A stretch of 64,000 nt of DNA from Myxococcota bacterium (GCA_044344255.1 JBIJDH010000002.1:192001-256000); one strand, 5' to 3'. Counted from the stretch's first letter, positions 49,386 through 61,287 are shown. Made by a program: numbers and translations. Notes: a model not told the origin generated them from the letters alone.

Positions 49386-50075
49386 TCAGCCCTTCTGGGG
49401 GGCGGGGAGCTGCACGGCCGGGCCGACCGGAGGCATCGGCGGCTTCCCACCGTCGGCGGGGGTGGTCGGGGGCGGTGTGGTCGGGGTCGGGTCGGGGACC
49501 TTGGCCGGAGGCGCCACGGTGAGCCCCTGGTCGGGGGCGGCGCTCCAGAGCGGGGCCGCGCCTTGCTCGTAGACCGCCTTGGCCGCGACGTTACCGGGGT
49601 AAATCTGGCCGACGTCGAGCAAGATCGTCTCGACGGAGACCACACGCTCGAACTTGTTCTCGGCCTTGAAGGTCACCTCATACACACCCGACTGGAGGCC
49701 GTGGATCGCGCCGTTGGTGAGCGGCCCGATCACGCCGATTCGCGTCCCGTTCACCGAGACCTCGGCGAAGCTCGACATGGTGTTGAGGATGGGCAGCGCG
49801 GCCGCGCCCGGGCTGGTGACCCCGGTGGCGCCCGCGGGGGCGCTGTGACGGACGGCCAGGGCGCCCTTGGGCTTGAGGTTGGCGCCCACCGTGGCGGGAT
49901 CCACGAACAAGCTGCGAAAATTTTCGATTCCGCCCGTCGAGAGCTTGGTGTCGACCGGGTAGGTCAGCGGGCGGCTGGGCAGCGACGGGCTCTGCTGCGG
50001 ACCGGCCTCGGCGTGGGGAGCGGCGAGGGCGACGAGGAGGGGACCGAGGAAGAGTGCAGACACGGGTGGCTCCAC
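49386..50075 (-). CDS. Hypothetical secreted protein with Pro-rich tail (start uncertain)
   Basis: Signal peptide ..APHAEA; PEGA-like EVSVNG..G.YEVTF; coding bias. Confidence 0.7.
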   Translation of the reverse strand: MEPPVSALFLGPLLVALAAPHAEAGPQQSPSLPSRPLTYPVDTKLSTGGIENFRSLFVDPATVGANLKPKGALAVRHSAPAGATGVTSPGAAALPILNTMSSFAEVSVNGTRIGVIGPLTNGAIHGLQSGVYEVTFKAENKFERVVSVETILLDVGQIYPGNVAAKAVYEQGAAPLWSAAPDQGLTVAPPAKVPDPTPTTPPPTTPADGGKPPMPPVGPAVQLPAPQKG

Positions 50076-50114
50076 CGGAGGGCGACGGCCCTCCTTTTTG
50101 ACCTGCGCGAGGAC

Positions 50115-51044
50115 CTACTCGATGACGCTGAGCCCGGTGTGGGCGGTGAGCTCTTTCGCGCTGAGCTCCGAGCCATCCCGGATGTGGCTCTCCTTGACGA
50201 GCCCGAGACCCTTGACCCACCACTGCTCGATCGTGCCCGTGACCGTCGTCGTGCCGTCGCTGCTCGAGTACTCGTTGACGAGCTTGTAGGCCTCGACCAC
50301 GGTGCCGTCGTAGAGCGTGTGCTCCTCGAAGCCAGACTCAGTGTAGGTCCCGGTGATGTTCTGGGTGAGGGGAGTGGTGCTGCCGGTGCCGGCGTCGATG
50401 AGCATGGAGTCGGTGTAGCTGTAGCTCCAGGAGCCAGACGACCCGATGTCGGCCTCGGCGGGCAGGTACATCCGCGGGGGGCTGAGCTCGGTGACGATCG
50501 AGCCGGCGAGGGGGATGTCCTCGTAGGAGTAGGTGACCGTGCCCTCCCAGCCCTGGAGGAACATGCCGGGGCCGTCCCAGCCGCACTGCACGTACTGGGT
50601 GGTGTCCCAGCCGTAGGTGGCCGCGGCGTCGCTCATAAAGTCGGTGTAGCCGTAGGCCGTGGAGCCAGACGACGTCGTCGTGATGCCGATCCCGGCCTCA
50701 ATCGCCGTGGCGGGGCCGCCCTTGAGCGTGGCGTTGAAGGTCTTGGTCCAGCCGCTCTTGTCGACCGGGCTCCAGGCGTTGTTGCACTCGGTGATGTCGG
50801 CGTCGGAGTCCGCGTCGCTGTCAGCGTCCGAATCTGCGTCGCTGTCGGCGTCTGAATCGGCGTCGGCGTCAGCGTCGCTGTCCGAGTCGCTGTCGGCGTC
50901 GGTGTCGGCGTCGCCCTCGCCCGAACCGTCGCCTCCGTTCTCTCCGCTGTCGCCGGTCACCTTGTCGGTGCCCTGGTAGTAGGAGTTGCCTTCACAGGCG
51001 ACGAGCGACAGGGCCGTGAGGAGAGAGAAGTGTCGCGCCGTCAT
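50115..51044 (-). CDS. Lipoprotein with Asp-rich (DA/DS) linker and beta-rich C-terminal domain
   Basis: MTARHFSLLTALSLVAC; ends QWWVKGLGLVKE (DUF3108-like); GGAG RBS. Confidence 0.85.
   Translation of the reverse strand: MTARHFSLLTALSLVACEGNSYYQGTDKVTGDSGENGGDGSGEGDADTDADSDSDSDADADADSDADSDADSDADSDADSDADITECNNAWSPVDKSGWTKTFNATLKGGPATAIEAGIGITTTSSGSTAYGYTDFMSDAAATYGWDTTQYVQCGWDGPGMFLQGWEGTVTYSYEDIPLAGSIVTELSPPRMYLPAEADIGSSGSWSYSYTDSMLIDAGTGSTTPLTQNITGTYTESGFEEHTLYDGTVVEAYKLVNEYSSSDGTTTVTGTIEQWWVKGLGLVKESHIRDGSELSAKELTAHTGLSVIE
50796..50912 (-). repeat. Low-complexity coding repeat (DADS)n
   Basis: DADTDADSDSDSDADADADSDADSDADSDADSDADSDAD. Confidence 0.9.
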
Positions 51045-51221
51045 GAGGAGCTCCAGCCGGAGGCTACTTCGGATGGGAGGTGAGGAGTCCGCTGTGGGCG
51101 AAGGGCCGCCCGTGGTTAACACGCCCGGATAGCATGTCGGGCCGCCGGGTGGCAACGACGACGCGCCGTGGCCCGGCCCTCCCGGCGGGCCGCAGGCGTC
51201 GGTCCGGCGCGAGGAGGGCCC

Positions 51222-51647
51222 ATGAGCGACGATGACACCCCGATCTCCGCGCTGAAGGCGGAGGTCCGGCGCTTCAACCAGGATCGGGACTGGGAGCAGT
51301 TTCACTCCCCTCGAAACCTCGTGATGGCCCTGTCGGTCGAGGTCTCCGAGCTGATGGAGCTCTTCTTGTGGTGCCGAGACGAGGGCCCCCAGCCGCCGGT
51401 CGCGGCGCGTCAAGCGCAGGTGGTGGAAGAGCTCGGCGACGTCGGGATCCTGCTCCTCAACCTCGCAGATCGCCTCGGGGTAGACCTCACGGAGGCGATC
51501 CAGGCGAAGATCGCGTACAACGCAGCAAAGTACCCGGTCGCGCTCTCCCGGGGGCGGCTGGAGAAGGCCGGTGAGCTGCGCGCGGCAGCCGGGACAGCGG
51601 GGACAGCGGGGACGGCGGTGTCGGGGGAGAAGGATCAGGGTGGGTGA
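51222..51647 (+). CDS. MazG-like nucleotide pyrophosphohydrolase (dCTP pyrophosphatase type)
   Basis: RDWEQFHSPRNL..EVSELMELF..EELGDV..KYP; GAGGAGG RBS. Confidence 0.92.
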   Translation: MSDDDTPISALKAEVRRFNQDRDWEQFHSPRNLVMALSVEVSELMELFLWCRDEGPQPPVAARQAQVVEELGDVGILLLNLADRLGVDLTEAIQAKIAYNAAKYPVALSRGRLEKAGELRAAAGTAGTAGTAVSGEKDQGG

Positions 51648-52729
51648 GCGAGCAGCCAGCCGGTGATCTGCGGGAAGATCTCTCGGCGCGCGTCGTCGCC
51701 GAGGATGAGGTCGATGTGGCCATAGTCGTGGCCGAGTCCGCTCGCGCGCCCGGCCAACCACCAGTCCCGCTCGGCGCTCCCCGCCGCCTCCACCCAGGGG
51801 ATGACCCGATCGGGCGGCGCGACGTGGTCGTCTCGGCCGGCCAGGGCGCGCAAGGGCACGCGGAGGTCGCGGAGGGCCGCCTCGTAGTCCAAGCGGCCGT
51901 CGAGGCTGGTGAAGCGCTCGCGGCGGATGATCCGGCTGAGCTGGGTGAGCTCCCCCGCGCTCATCGGGCTCACCGCCTCGCGCATCATGCGCCGCTGGCT
52001 GGGCCCGTCGACGCTCCCCGGCGCCCATAGGAGCTCGTCGCTGTGAAAGGGCAGCTCGTCCCAGCGAGAGGCGGCGCGGGACAGGCCGCGGGAGGGCACC
52101 ACCCTCCCGAGCCGCCCGCTGATCATCGCCGGAGCCGCCGCGCGGAGGAGCGGGTCGGGGTCGGTGAATTCGATGGGGCTGCCGACGATGACCAGCGAGG
52201 ACAGGGCCGCGTCACCGTGCCAGGCCGCGTAGGCGAGGGCGACCATGCCCCCCATCGAGTGGCCGACGTAGCCCACCCGGGCGCCGCCCCGCCGCTCGCG
52301 GATGTATTCGATCGCCGCGGGGAGATCGAAACGACCGTAGTCATCGATGGACCAGCCCGCCGTCTGTCTTCGGCCGCGGGCGTCGCGCCGCGCCGCGCCG
52401 TGCCCCCGCAGGTCGAGCAGCCAGGCGTCCAGGCCGACCTCGTGGAGCGCCACCGCCAGGGATCGGTCGGGGGACAGATCCCAAGAGCGGCTGTTCGACG
52501 ACAGGCCGTGGACGACCAGCACCGGCGCACCCGGACCCGGGTGGTGGTGGAGGTGGACGGCGGCGCCGTCGGCGGTCGGGAGCTCGATCTCCTCGACGCT
52601 CACGCCCTCGCAGAGGGACGGGGTGACCGTCGGGGTGAGCGAGGGCCCCGGAGTCGCAGAAGCCACGCTGGCGCGGGCACCGAGCAGGACGGCGCTCACG
52701 AGGGCCCAGCGACCGGCGACCTGCATCAC
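51635..52729 (-). CDS. Secreted alpha/beta hydrolase with intact triad
   Basis: VHGL oxyanion; GHSMGG; GRDDHVAPP; DYGHIDL. Confidence 0.9.
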   Translation of the reverse strand: MMQVAGRWALVSAVLLGARASVASATPGPSLTPTVTPSLCEGVSVEEIELPTADGAAVHLHHHPGPGAPVLVVHGLSSNSRSWDLSPDRSLAVALHEVGLDAWLLDLRGHGAARRDARGRRQTAGWSIDDYGRFDLPAAIEYIRERRGGARVGYVGHSMGGMVALAYAAWHGDAALSSLVIVGSPIEFTDPDPLLRAAAPAMISGRLGRVVPSRGLSRAASRWDELPFHSDELLWAPGSVDGPSQRRMMREAVSPMSAGELTQLSRIIRRERFTSLDGRLDYEAALRDLRVPLRALAGRDDHVAPPDRVIPWVEAAGSAERDWWLAGRASGLGHDYGHIDLILGDDARREIFPQITGWLLAHPP

Positions 52730-53547
52730 GGCGGGGCTCCGGTCCGCGGTGCGCGGGGGTGGAGCGCGTGTCGGAGCCAGGCGGCGAGGGCAGCCGCCGG
52801 CCGGGGCCGGGCGAGGAGGGCGGCGCTGTCGTAGTCGCGGGGATCTCCGCGGAGGTAGCCGAAGCGGACGAAGGTGGCCCGATCAGGGAGGCGGCCGCGC
52901 ACGGCCTCGGGCGGGCCGAGGTTGTCGTGATCGCCGACCCCAGCCCAGATGGGGCAGAAGGCGGAGGAGAGGTCGACCGCGAGGCCCTCGACGGCCCAGG
53001 CCCGGAGTCCCTCCAAGAGGGTCCCGCTTACGGCCTCGAGGGGAGGCAGGGGCGCCCCCAGCAGCAGTGGCAGGGCCTCGTGGCCGGCCCATCGAGCGTC
53101 GAGGGTCCGCAGGTCGAGGCCAGCGGGTGCCGGCGGCCTCGCGGCCAGCCAGGCCAGCAGGGGGCTGGGCGGCAGCCAGAGGGGGGCGCCCAGCAGGGCG
53201 ACGGCGGCGGGATCGAGCTCGTTGAGGGGGTCTTGCAGCGAGAGCGCGGCGAGGGTGCCGCCGATCCCGTGACCGACGAGGCCGACGTCTCGGCCCGCGA
53301 AGCGGCTCAGCGCCTCGGGGATCGTGTGGCCGACGATGCCATCGAGGCGCTGGTCTTGGATGGAGAAGACCAGGAGCCAGGCGTCTACCCCGCGGTCCTC
53401 CAGCGCGGCCACGAGGCCCTCGTAGGCACGGGGCGCATACCCCGGGGTGGTTACGATGAGCGCGACAGTGGGGGCACCTGCGGAGGCACCCCGCCCATCG
53501 ATCAGCTCGGCGGCGCGGCCTTCGAGGGAGGCGGACGCGAACAGCAC
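52726..53547 (-). CDS. Alpha/beta hydrolase-fold protein lacking catalytic Ser/His (start uncertain, between about 53547 and 53640)
   Basis: GVDAWLL; LVGHGIGG; GDHDNLGPPE; RDYDSAAL aligns with the neighbour's DYGHIDL. Confidence 0.7.
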   Translation of the reverse strand: MLFASASLEGRAAELIDGRGASAGAPTVALIVTTPGYAPRAYEGLVAALEDRGVDAWLLVFSIQDQRLDGIVGHTIPEALSRFAGRDVGLVGHGIGGTLAALSLQDPLNELDPAAVALLGAPLWLPPSPLLAWLAARPPAPAGLDLRTLDARWAGHEALPLLLGAPLPPLEAVSGTLLEGLRAWAVEGLAVDLSSAFCPIWAGVGDHDNLGPPEAVRGRLPDRATFVRFGYLRGDPRDYDSAALLARPRPAAALAAWLRHALHPRAPRTGAPP

Positions 53548-53644
53548 CGCCGAGAGCGCGCCAGCCCTCGTCCCGGTCCGTCGGGACCGGGGGGGCCGCC
53601 TCGCGCCTCGTCCGCTCCGTCTCAGGGCAGCTCCGTGGACAGAC

Positions 53645-55366
53645 TCAGTGGGTGATGTCGAGGGAGGACTGGTGGCGGGCGGGCACGACCTGATCCCGTC
53701 CGGCCTCTTTGGCGTCGAAGAGCGCGGCCTCGGCGGCGCGGAGGACAGTCTGGCCGCTGCTGCCGTGCTCCGGCTGGGTGGCGACGCCGATGGAGACGGT
53801 GAAGGGCGGCTCACTTCGGCGCGCGAGGAGCTCGGCGAGGGCGCTCCGCACCCGCATCGCGACGGTGATCCCGGAGCGGAAGTTCGCCTTGGGGAGGAAG
53901 ATCACGAAGTCGTCCTCTCCCAGGCGGACGGGGAGGTCGGACTGGCGGCAGGCCACGCGCAGGGCGGAGGTCAACGCGGTGAGGCAACGGTCGCCCACTT
54001 CGCGGCCGTAGCGGAGGTTCAGGTCTCCGAGGTGGTCTACGTCGATGGTGAGGATGGCGTAGGGCTCGTCGGTGAGGCTCGCCTGCTGGAGCCGGAGATC
54101 GAGGAGGCGGCGGTTGGCGAGGCCGGTCGCGGGGTCTGTGGACTCGTTCTCGATGCGCTTGATCTCGGCCTTGTGAGCAGACAGTCGGCTGCCGAGCGCC
54201 AACGCCATCGCCTCGAGCTCTTCGGTGCGAGCGGTGCGCTCATCGTAGCCAATGATCTGGACCACCGCCGACTGGGCTCCGTTCACGCTGACAGGCGCAC
54301 ACGCGACGGTGAGCGCCGACTCGGTGAGGCGGGGACAGCGGCTGGCGTTGTGCTCGTGGCCGTGCACCAGGGTCCGGCGCCGCTCCAGCGCCGGGCAGGC
54401 GCCGGCCGTCATCAGGTCGCAGGCGCTCGTCCGTTTCGCGTCGTGCTTTCGAATTGTGTCTTCTGCGGCGTCCACGTTGAGGATCTGTACGACGCCTTCG
54501 GGGTAGGCGGTGCGGCCCCCGCGGATCGTGGCGTCGCCGATCTGGCGCTCGTCCTCGGCGAGAGAGAGGGCGTCGATGAGATCGCGGGTGAAGTGCTGGC
54601 AGCGCTCGATGCGAACCTGAGCGCGGCGGAGCTCATCGACGGCGGTGATCGCCCGGCTGGCCGCGTCCACGGCCGGGGTCAGGGCGTCGTGCTTGGGCAG
54701 CGCGGCGGGCTCCCGACCCTCGACGCTGCGGCGCAGGGCGTCCGAGAGGGCGCTCACCGCAGTGTCGAGCAGGTGGCGCTCTCCCGTGGTGGAGCGGGAC
54801 AGCCGCCCCCGCGCGACGAGGCTCGTCGAGAGCGCGAGCGAGAGCATCAGCCCGGTGAGGATCAACAGCCCGGAGAGGGTGCGCTTCTGGTAGAGGTCGC
54901 CGTGGGCCTCCACGGCCACGCCGAGCGCGGTGGTGGCCTCCGAGAGCTCCGTGCGCGCGATCGACAGCTCCTCAAAGGCGGCGCTGAGATCGGCCTGGGG
55001 CCCTGAATTGTAGAAGAGGCCGGAGGCCTCCTGCACGTGGATCATCGCGCGGCGGACGCGCCCGACGATCTTGCGGCTGTCGCTGACGCCGGGCTCGATG
55101 ATGTCGAGGGCCGCGTCGGCCTGCGCCTTCGCGTCGCGGGTGTCGTCGACGAGCGCGGGCTCGCGGGTCGAGGCGAACCGATAGGGTGTGACCTCGAGGC
55201 GGGCGCTCTGGCGCATGAGGTTGGCGTAGGCGTTGCGCGGCGGCTCGATGGTAGACGCCTGTACGTCGGCGGCGTTCCAGACCCACGCGCAGAGCGCGAT
55301 GGTCAGGATCACCAGCGCAACCACCTGGATGGTCAGGAGGAGGGAAGCAGGTCTTTGCGCGTTCAT
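53645..55366 (-). CDS. Membrane sensor with GAF-like and degenerate GGDEF (GEDDF) domain
   Basis: Two TMs; TDPATGLANRR; IDVDHL..N..YG..GD; RQSDLPVRLGEDDF; TVSIGVA; AKEAGRD. Confidence 0.88.
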   Translation of the reverse strand: MNAQRPASLLLTIQVVALVILTIALCAWVWNAADVQASTIEPPRNAYANLMRQSARLEVTPYRFASTREPALVDDTRDAKAQADAALDIIEPGVSDSRKIVGRVRRAMIHVQEASGLFYNSGPQADLSAAFEELSIARTELSEATTALGVAVEAHGDLYQKRTLSGLLILTGLMLSLALSTSLVARGRLSRSTTGERHLLDTAVSALSDALRRSVEGREPAALPKHDALTPAVDAASRAITAVDELRRAQVRIERCQHFTRDLIDALSLAEDERQIGDATIRGGRTAYPEGVVQILNVDAAEDTIRKHDAKRTSACDLMTAGACPALERRRTLVHGHEHNASRCPRLTESALTVACAPVSVNGAQSAVVQIIGYDERTARTEELEAMALALGSRLSAHKAEIKRIENESTDPATGLANRRLLDLRLQQASLTDEPYAILTIDVDHLGDLNLRYGREVGDRCLTALTSALRVACRQSDLPVRLGEDDFVIFLPKANFRSGITVAMRVRSALAELLARRSEPPFTVSIGVATQPEHGSSGQTVLRAAEAALFDAKEAGRDQVVPARHQSSLDITH

Positions 55367-55518
55367 TCAGTTGCCATGCGGGCCGTTCGGCGAGAGGCGG
55401 GGGTCGGGAGGGGCGCCATGATATCCTCATGAGCCCGCGCGCGACGGCGGCCGCTGAAGATGTGGAGAGACCCGCATGATCCGCGGCTGCCCGCCAGCGG
55501 AGGAGCGACGCGCCCAGC

Positions 55519-56496
55519 ATGCAGCCGATGGTCACGATCTCCGGCCTCGCTCCGGTGGAACGTGCGGCCTGGGGTCGCGCGGCCCGGGCGGGGAGGGCCG
55601 TCTCGCTCGAGCACCGCGGCGCCTGGCCAGCGGAATTTCCCTATGACGAGCTGTTCCCATTTTGTTCTTCGGTGCGCCTCGAAGACCCAGCGGCGCTCCG
55701 CGCCTGGAGCGATCGGCCCGTGAAGCCGCCGCCCGGCCCGCTGCCGGTCACCGTCGTGATCCCCACCCATCGGCGGGTGCCTTGGGGGATCGAGGGCTGG
55801 CGCCGAGCGGGCGGAGAGGTGCTGGTGGTGGCCAATCACGAGCGCCTCCCCGCCGAGATGGCGGGTGCGCGGGTCCTCCGTCTGCCCTGGCGGGGGCACG
55901 GCCCCACCCGCCAGGCCGCCCTGGCCGCCGTCGAGACCCCCTACGTGCTCTTCTCGGTGGATGACGCCGTGCCGCTGGGGGTCAGCGTGATCCGCGAGCT
56001 GCTCCTCGCCCTCGAAGGGGGGCCGTGGGAGGCGGTGCTGGCGCGTCAGGTCCCTTGGCCGGACGCCGATCCAGTCACCCGGGCGCGGCTCCGCCGCTGG
56101 ACCCCGCCGGGAGACGCGCCGGCGGCGGCCCCGCGCATCGATCATGTCGCCACCCTCCACCGAACGGATTGGCTCCGCCAGAACCCCCTCCCCGACGTCC
56201 CGATCGCGGAGGACGCGTGGTGGGGGAGGGGCCGCTCGCTCGGGTACGTGCCCCAGGCCTGTGTCGCGCACGCCCACCCTCGCCGGCCCCTGGCCCTCTT
56301 TCGACGAGACCGGGACATCCACGCCGAGCTCGTGCGCATGGGGGAGCCCGCCGTCCTGCCCACGCTCGCGGACCTCCTGACTCGCCTGCCGGGCAGCCTC
56401 CGCGCTGGCCCGCCGCGAGAGGTGGTCAACTCCGCGGCGGAGCTCCTCGGCCAGTGGGCGGGTGGCCGTCGGGCTCGGCGGGGGGCTCGGAGATAG
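55519..56496 (+). CDS. Glycosyltransferase family 2 (rhamnosyltransferase-like)
   Basis: VTVVIPT; HGPTRQ; SVDDAVP; ARQVPWPDA; IAEDAWW. Confidence 0.78.
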   Translation: MQPMVTISGLAPVERAAWGRAARAGRAVSLEHRGAWPAEFPYDELFPFCSSVRLEDPAALRAWSDRPVKPPPGPLPVTVVIPTHRRVPWGIEGWRRAGGEVLVVANHERLPAEMAGARVLRLPWRGHGPTRQAALAAVETPYVLFSVDDAVPLGVSVIRELLLALEGGPWEAVLARQVPWPDADPVTRARLRRWTPPGDAPAAAPRIDHVATLHRTDWLRQNPLPDVPIAEDAWWGRGRSLGYVPQACVAHAHPRRPLALFRRDRDIHAELVRMGEPAVLPTLADLLTRLPGSLRAGPPREVVNSAAELLGQWAGGRRARRGARR

Positions 56497-56519
56497 GCGT
56501 CGAGCGCGCAGGAGCCTCC

Positions 56520-57080
56520 ATGAACCCTTCCTCTCCCATCCCGCCAGGCCCCAGCCGGGTCGCCGGATCGCCCCACGACGCCGACGTGGAGGGCACGCCC
56601 AGCGTCCACCCAGAGGTCACCCGCACCGAGATGGCGCAGATCGTGCTCCCGAGCTTCGCCAACGCGCGCGGCACGGCCTTCGGCGGACAGATCGCCGCCT
56701 GGAGTGACGTCTGCGCCGCGATCTCCGCCCAACGATATGCGCGGTCGGCGGTGGTCACCGCCTCGATGGACGAGCTCCACTTCCTCCGCCCGATCCGGGC
56801 CGGCATGATCGTCGTGCTCAAGGCCCAGGTGAACGCGGCTTGGCGCTCTTCGATGGAGGTGGGCGTGCGGGTGGAGGCCGAAGAGCCGACCACCGGGCAC
56901 CGGGAGCACTGCTGCTCGGCCTACCTCACCTTCGTGTCCCTCGACGAAGCGGGCCGCCCCCGCCTCGTCCCCGAGCTCGACACCGGCGGAGATCCCGTGC
57001 TGGAGCGGCGAAACCGCGAGGCTGGCGCCCGCCGAGAGGCTCGCTTGCGGATGCGGGAGCTCCGCCGCGCCGCGCTCTGA
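56520..57080 (+). CDS. Acyl-CoA thioesterase (hotdog fold)
   Basis: ANARGTAFGG; VVTASMD; SSMEVGVRV; AYLTFVSLD; AGGAG RBS. Confidence 0.92.
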   Translation: MNPSSPIPPGPSRVAGSPHDADVEGTPSVHPEVTRTEMAQIVLPSFANARGTAFGGQIAAWSDVCAAISAQRYARSAVVTASMDELHFLRPIRAGMIVVLKAQVNAAWRSSMEVGVRVEAEEPTTGHREHCCSAYLTFVSLDEAGRPRLVPELDTGGDPVLERRNREAGARREARLRMRELRRAAL

Positions 57081-57121
57081 GGTCACGGACGCGCGCGGCC
57101 CTGTGGGGTGGCCGGGCCGAA

Positions 57122-58141
57122 TCAGGGTTGCTCGGCCCAGAGCTCGGCGCGGCCGGCGCGGTGCGCCCAGAGCCAGCGCAGCATGTCGAGCTCACCTGCC
57201 CGGCGCTGAGGTCGATCGGCGCTTCGCTTTTGCAGCGCGTCGGGGGCGCTGGCCAGCCCGGCCAAACCGCCGGCGAGCGCGGCCAGCCCCCCGGTCGGGC
57301 CGGCGGCGGCCCCTAGCCCTTCGCCGCGGAGCGCGCCGAGACCGAGCGCGCCGTAGCGGGCGACCGTCCAGGCGGGGGCGCCGAGCAAGGCCAGGGCAGG
57401 GAGGCTGCGCAGCGCGGCGCGGACGCGGTTCCGCTCGACCTGAAACACCTTCCAGGGCTCGGCCCGCCCGTACGAGGCGCCGAGTCGGTGGAGCACGACG
57501 GCGGCCGGCACGAGGCGGATCTCGATCCCGAGCCGGGCCGCCCGGAGGGAGAGGTCTGCGTCTTCGCCGAAGGCCTCGAAGTCCTCGTCGAACAAGCCCA
57601 CCCTCTCCCGCGCCGCGCCGGTGAAGAGCACGGCCGCGCCGGAGAAGGCTCCCACCGTCGTCGCCCGGCGGAGGGCCTCGGCGGCGGTCCAGGGGCGGCC
57701 GCGGCCGCGGGCGAGGTTGGCGCCGTCGGGCCACCACCGGTGCCCGAGGTTGTCAATGCGGCCGCTCCCGTCGTCGAGGAGCAGCGCGGGCTGGTAGATT
57801 CCCTCCCCGCCCGCTGCGGCGGCCTCGCCGAGCCGCTGGAGCAGGCCGGGCTGGGGCTCGGTGTCGTCGTTGAGGAGGAGCACCGACCCCCGTGGTGTGG
57901 CGCGCAGCCCGGCGTTGGCGGCCCTCGCGAAGTGCGCCCGGCCGATGTGCAACAGGCGCAGGCCGGGGGGCGCGTCGACCGGCCCGTCTCGGGCCACCAC
58001 CACGGTGATCTCGCCCACCGGCTGCTGCCGGAGCGCCGCCACGCAGCGCCAGAGCAGCGGGCCGCCGTGGCAGGTCGGGATGACGACCGGTAGGGGGGCG
58101 GACAGGGCGGCGGGGGCGGACAGGGCGGCGGGGACGGACAT
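57122..58141 (-). CDS. Glycosyltransferase family 2
   Basis: VVIPT; FARAANAG; LLNDD; GLFDEDF..EDADLSLR. Confidence 0.9.
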   Translation of the reverse strand: MSVPAALSAPAALSAPLPVVIPTCHGGPLLWRCVAALRQQPVGEITVVVARDGPVDAPPGLRLLHIGRAHFARAANAGLRATPRGSVLLLNDDTEPQPGLLQRLGEAAAAGGEGIYQPALLLDDGSGRIDNLGHRWWPDGANLARGRGRPWTAAEALRRATTVGAFSGAAVLFTGAARERVGLFDEDFEAFGEDADLSLRAARLGIEIRLVPAAVVLHRLGASYGRAEPWKVFQVERNRVRAALRSLPALALLGAPAWTVARYGALGLGALRGEGLGAAAGPTGGLAALAGGLAGLASAPDALQKRSADRPQRRAGELDMLRWLWAHRAGRAELWAEQP

Positions 58142-58237
58142 GGCGACGGGGACGGCCTCGGGCGGCGAGCGAGTTCCGGAGGGGGCCGCGTAGCCGTCAC
58201 CCTCTTCGGCGAATAGCCGACCGCCGGAGGCTCATCC

Positions 58238-59323
58238 ATGGGCTCGAGCACCGGTGTCCTCTTTCGAGTCACCACCTTTGGGGAGAGCCACGGGGGCGGC
58301 CTCGGCGCCATCATCGAGGGCTGCCCGCCCGGGCTCCGCCTGGACCTCGACCGCGTTCAGGCCGAGCTCGACCGCCGTCGCCCGGGGCAGTCGTCCCTCG
58401 TGAGCCAGCGTAAGGAGGCCGACCGGGTCGAGCTCCTCTCTGGGGTCTTTGAGGGGCGGACGCTCGGGAGCCCGATCGGCCTGCTGGTGCGGAACGAAGA
58501 CGCCAACCCCGCCGACTACGCGGACTGGCAGCACCTCTACCGCCCCTCCCACGCCGACTTCACCACCGAGGCCCGCTATGGCACCCGGAGCTGGCAAGGC
58601 GGCGGTCGGGCCAGCGCTCGGGAGACGGTCGCGCGGGTGGCCGCGGGGGCGATCGCCCGGCAGGTGCTCGAAGCCCGAGCTGCGGTCGAGATCCTCGCCT
58701 GGGTGGAGCAGGTCGGCGTGGTCCAGGCCGCGGTCGACCCGGCGACGGTCACCCTCGCGGCGGTCGAGGCGAGCCCGGTGCGCTGCCCAGACCCGGAGGC
58801 CGCCCAGCGGATGGAGGCGCTGATCCGTGCGGTTCGGAAGGAGGGAGACTCTGTGGGCGGCGTCGTGCGGGCGGTCGCGCGTGGGGTCCCGGCCGGCCTC
58901 GGCGATCCCGTCTTCGACAAGCTGGAGGCCGAGCTGGGCAAGGCGATGCTCTCGCTCCCCGCCGCCAAGGGCTTCATGTCCGGGGCGGGCTTCGCGGCGG
59001 CCGCCATGCGCGGCAGCGAGCACAACGACACCTTCATCCCCGGCCCCTCGCCGGGCTCGATCGTGACCCGCACCAACTTCTCGGGGGGCATCCAAGGCGG
59101 GATCTCGAACGGGATGCCGATCGAGGTCTCGGTGGCCTTCAAGCCCGTCGCGACCCTGGCCCGCCCGATGGAGACGGTGGACGATCAGGGGCGACCGGCG
59201 GTGTTGCAGCCTCGGGGCCGCCACGACCCCTGCGTGGTGCCGCGCGCGGTCGTGATGGTCGAGGCGATGATGGCCCTGGTGCTCTGCGACCACCTCCTCC
59301 GACTCCGGGCCCTCCACGGCTGA
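58238..59323 (+). CDS. aroC: Chorismate synthase
   Basis: TFGESHG; RPSHAD; GGRASARET; NFSGGIQGGISNG; RGRHDPCV. Confidence 0.97.
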   Translation: MGSSTGVLFRVTTFGESHGGGLGAIIEGCPPGLRLDLDRVQAELDRRRPGQSSLVSQRKEADRVELLSGVFEGRTLGSPIGLLVRNEDANPADYADWQHLYRPSHADFTTEARYGTRSWQGGGRASARETVARVAAGAIARQVLEARAAVEILAWVEQVGVVQAAVDPATVTLAAVEASPVRCPDPEAAQRMEALIRAVRKEGDSVGGVVRAVARGVPAGLGDPVFDKLEAELGKAMLSLPAAKGFMSGAGFAAAAMRGSEHNDTFIPGPSPGSIVTRTNFSGGIQGGISNGMPIEVSVAFKPVATLARPMETVDDQGRPAVLQPRGRHDPCVVPRAVVMVEAMMALVLCDHLLRLRALHG

Positions 59324-59379
59324 GCGCCACGGGGGCGCCCGGCCCGGAGCGGCGCGGAGTCGGAGGAGCGGGGCCTGCC

Positions 59380-61239
<1,860 letters not shown>

Positions 61240-61287
61240 GGGGCGGTCCTGCTTTGAAAGGGCCGGCCGCCTATCCAGTCAACGGAC

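Noticed and set aside
51591..51617. (GGGACAGCG)x2-3 repeat, and an 18-bp duplication near 58095-58135
   Set aside because: Short in-frame slippage repeats in unconserved protein termini; no evident function
55429..55518. Upstream in-frame ATG with TGA (55477-55479) before the GT2 gene as another read-through case
   Set aside because: The peptide is not protein-like, there is no clear SECIS-type hairpin, and the region overlaps divergent promoter-like motifs
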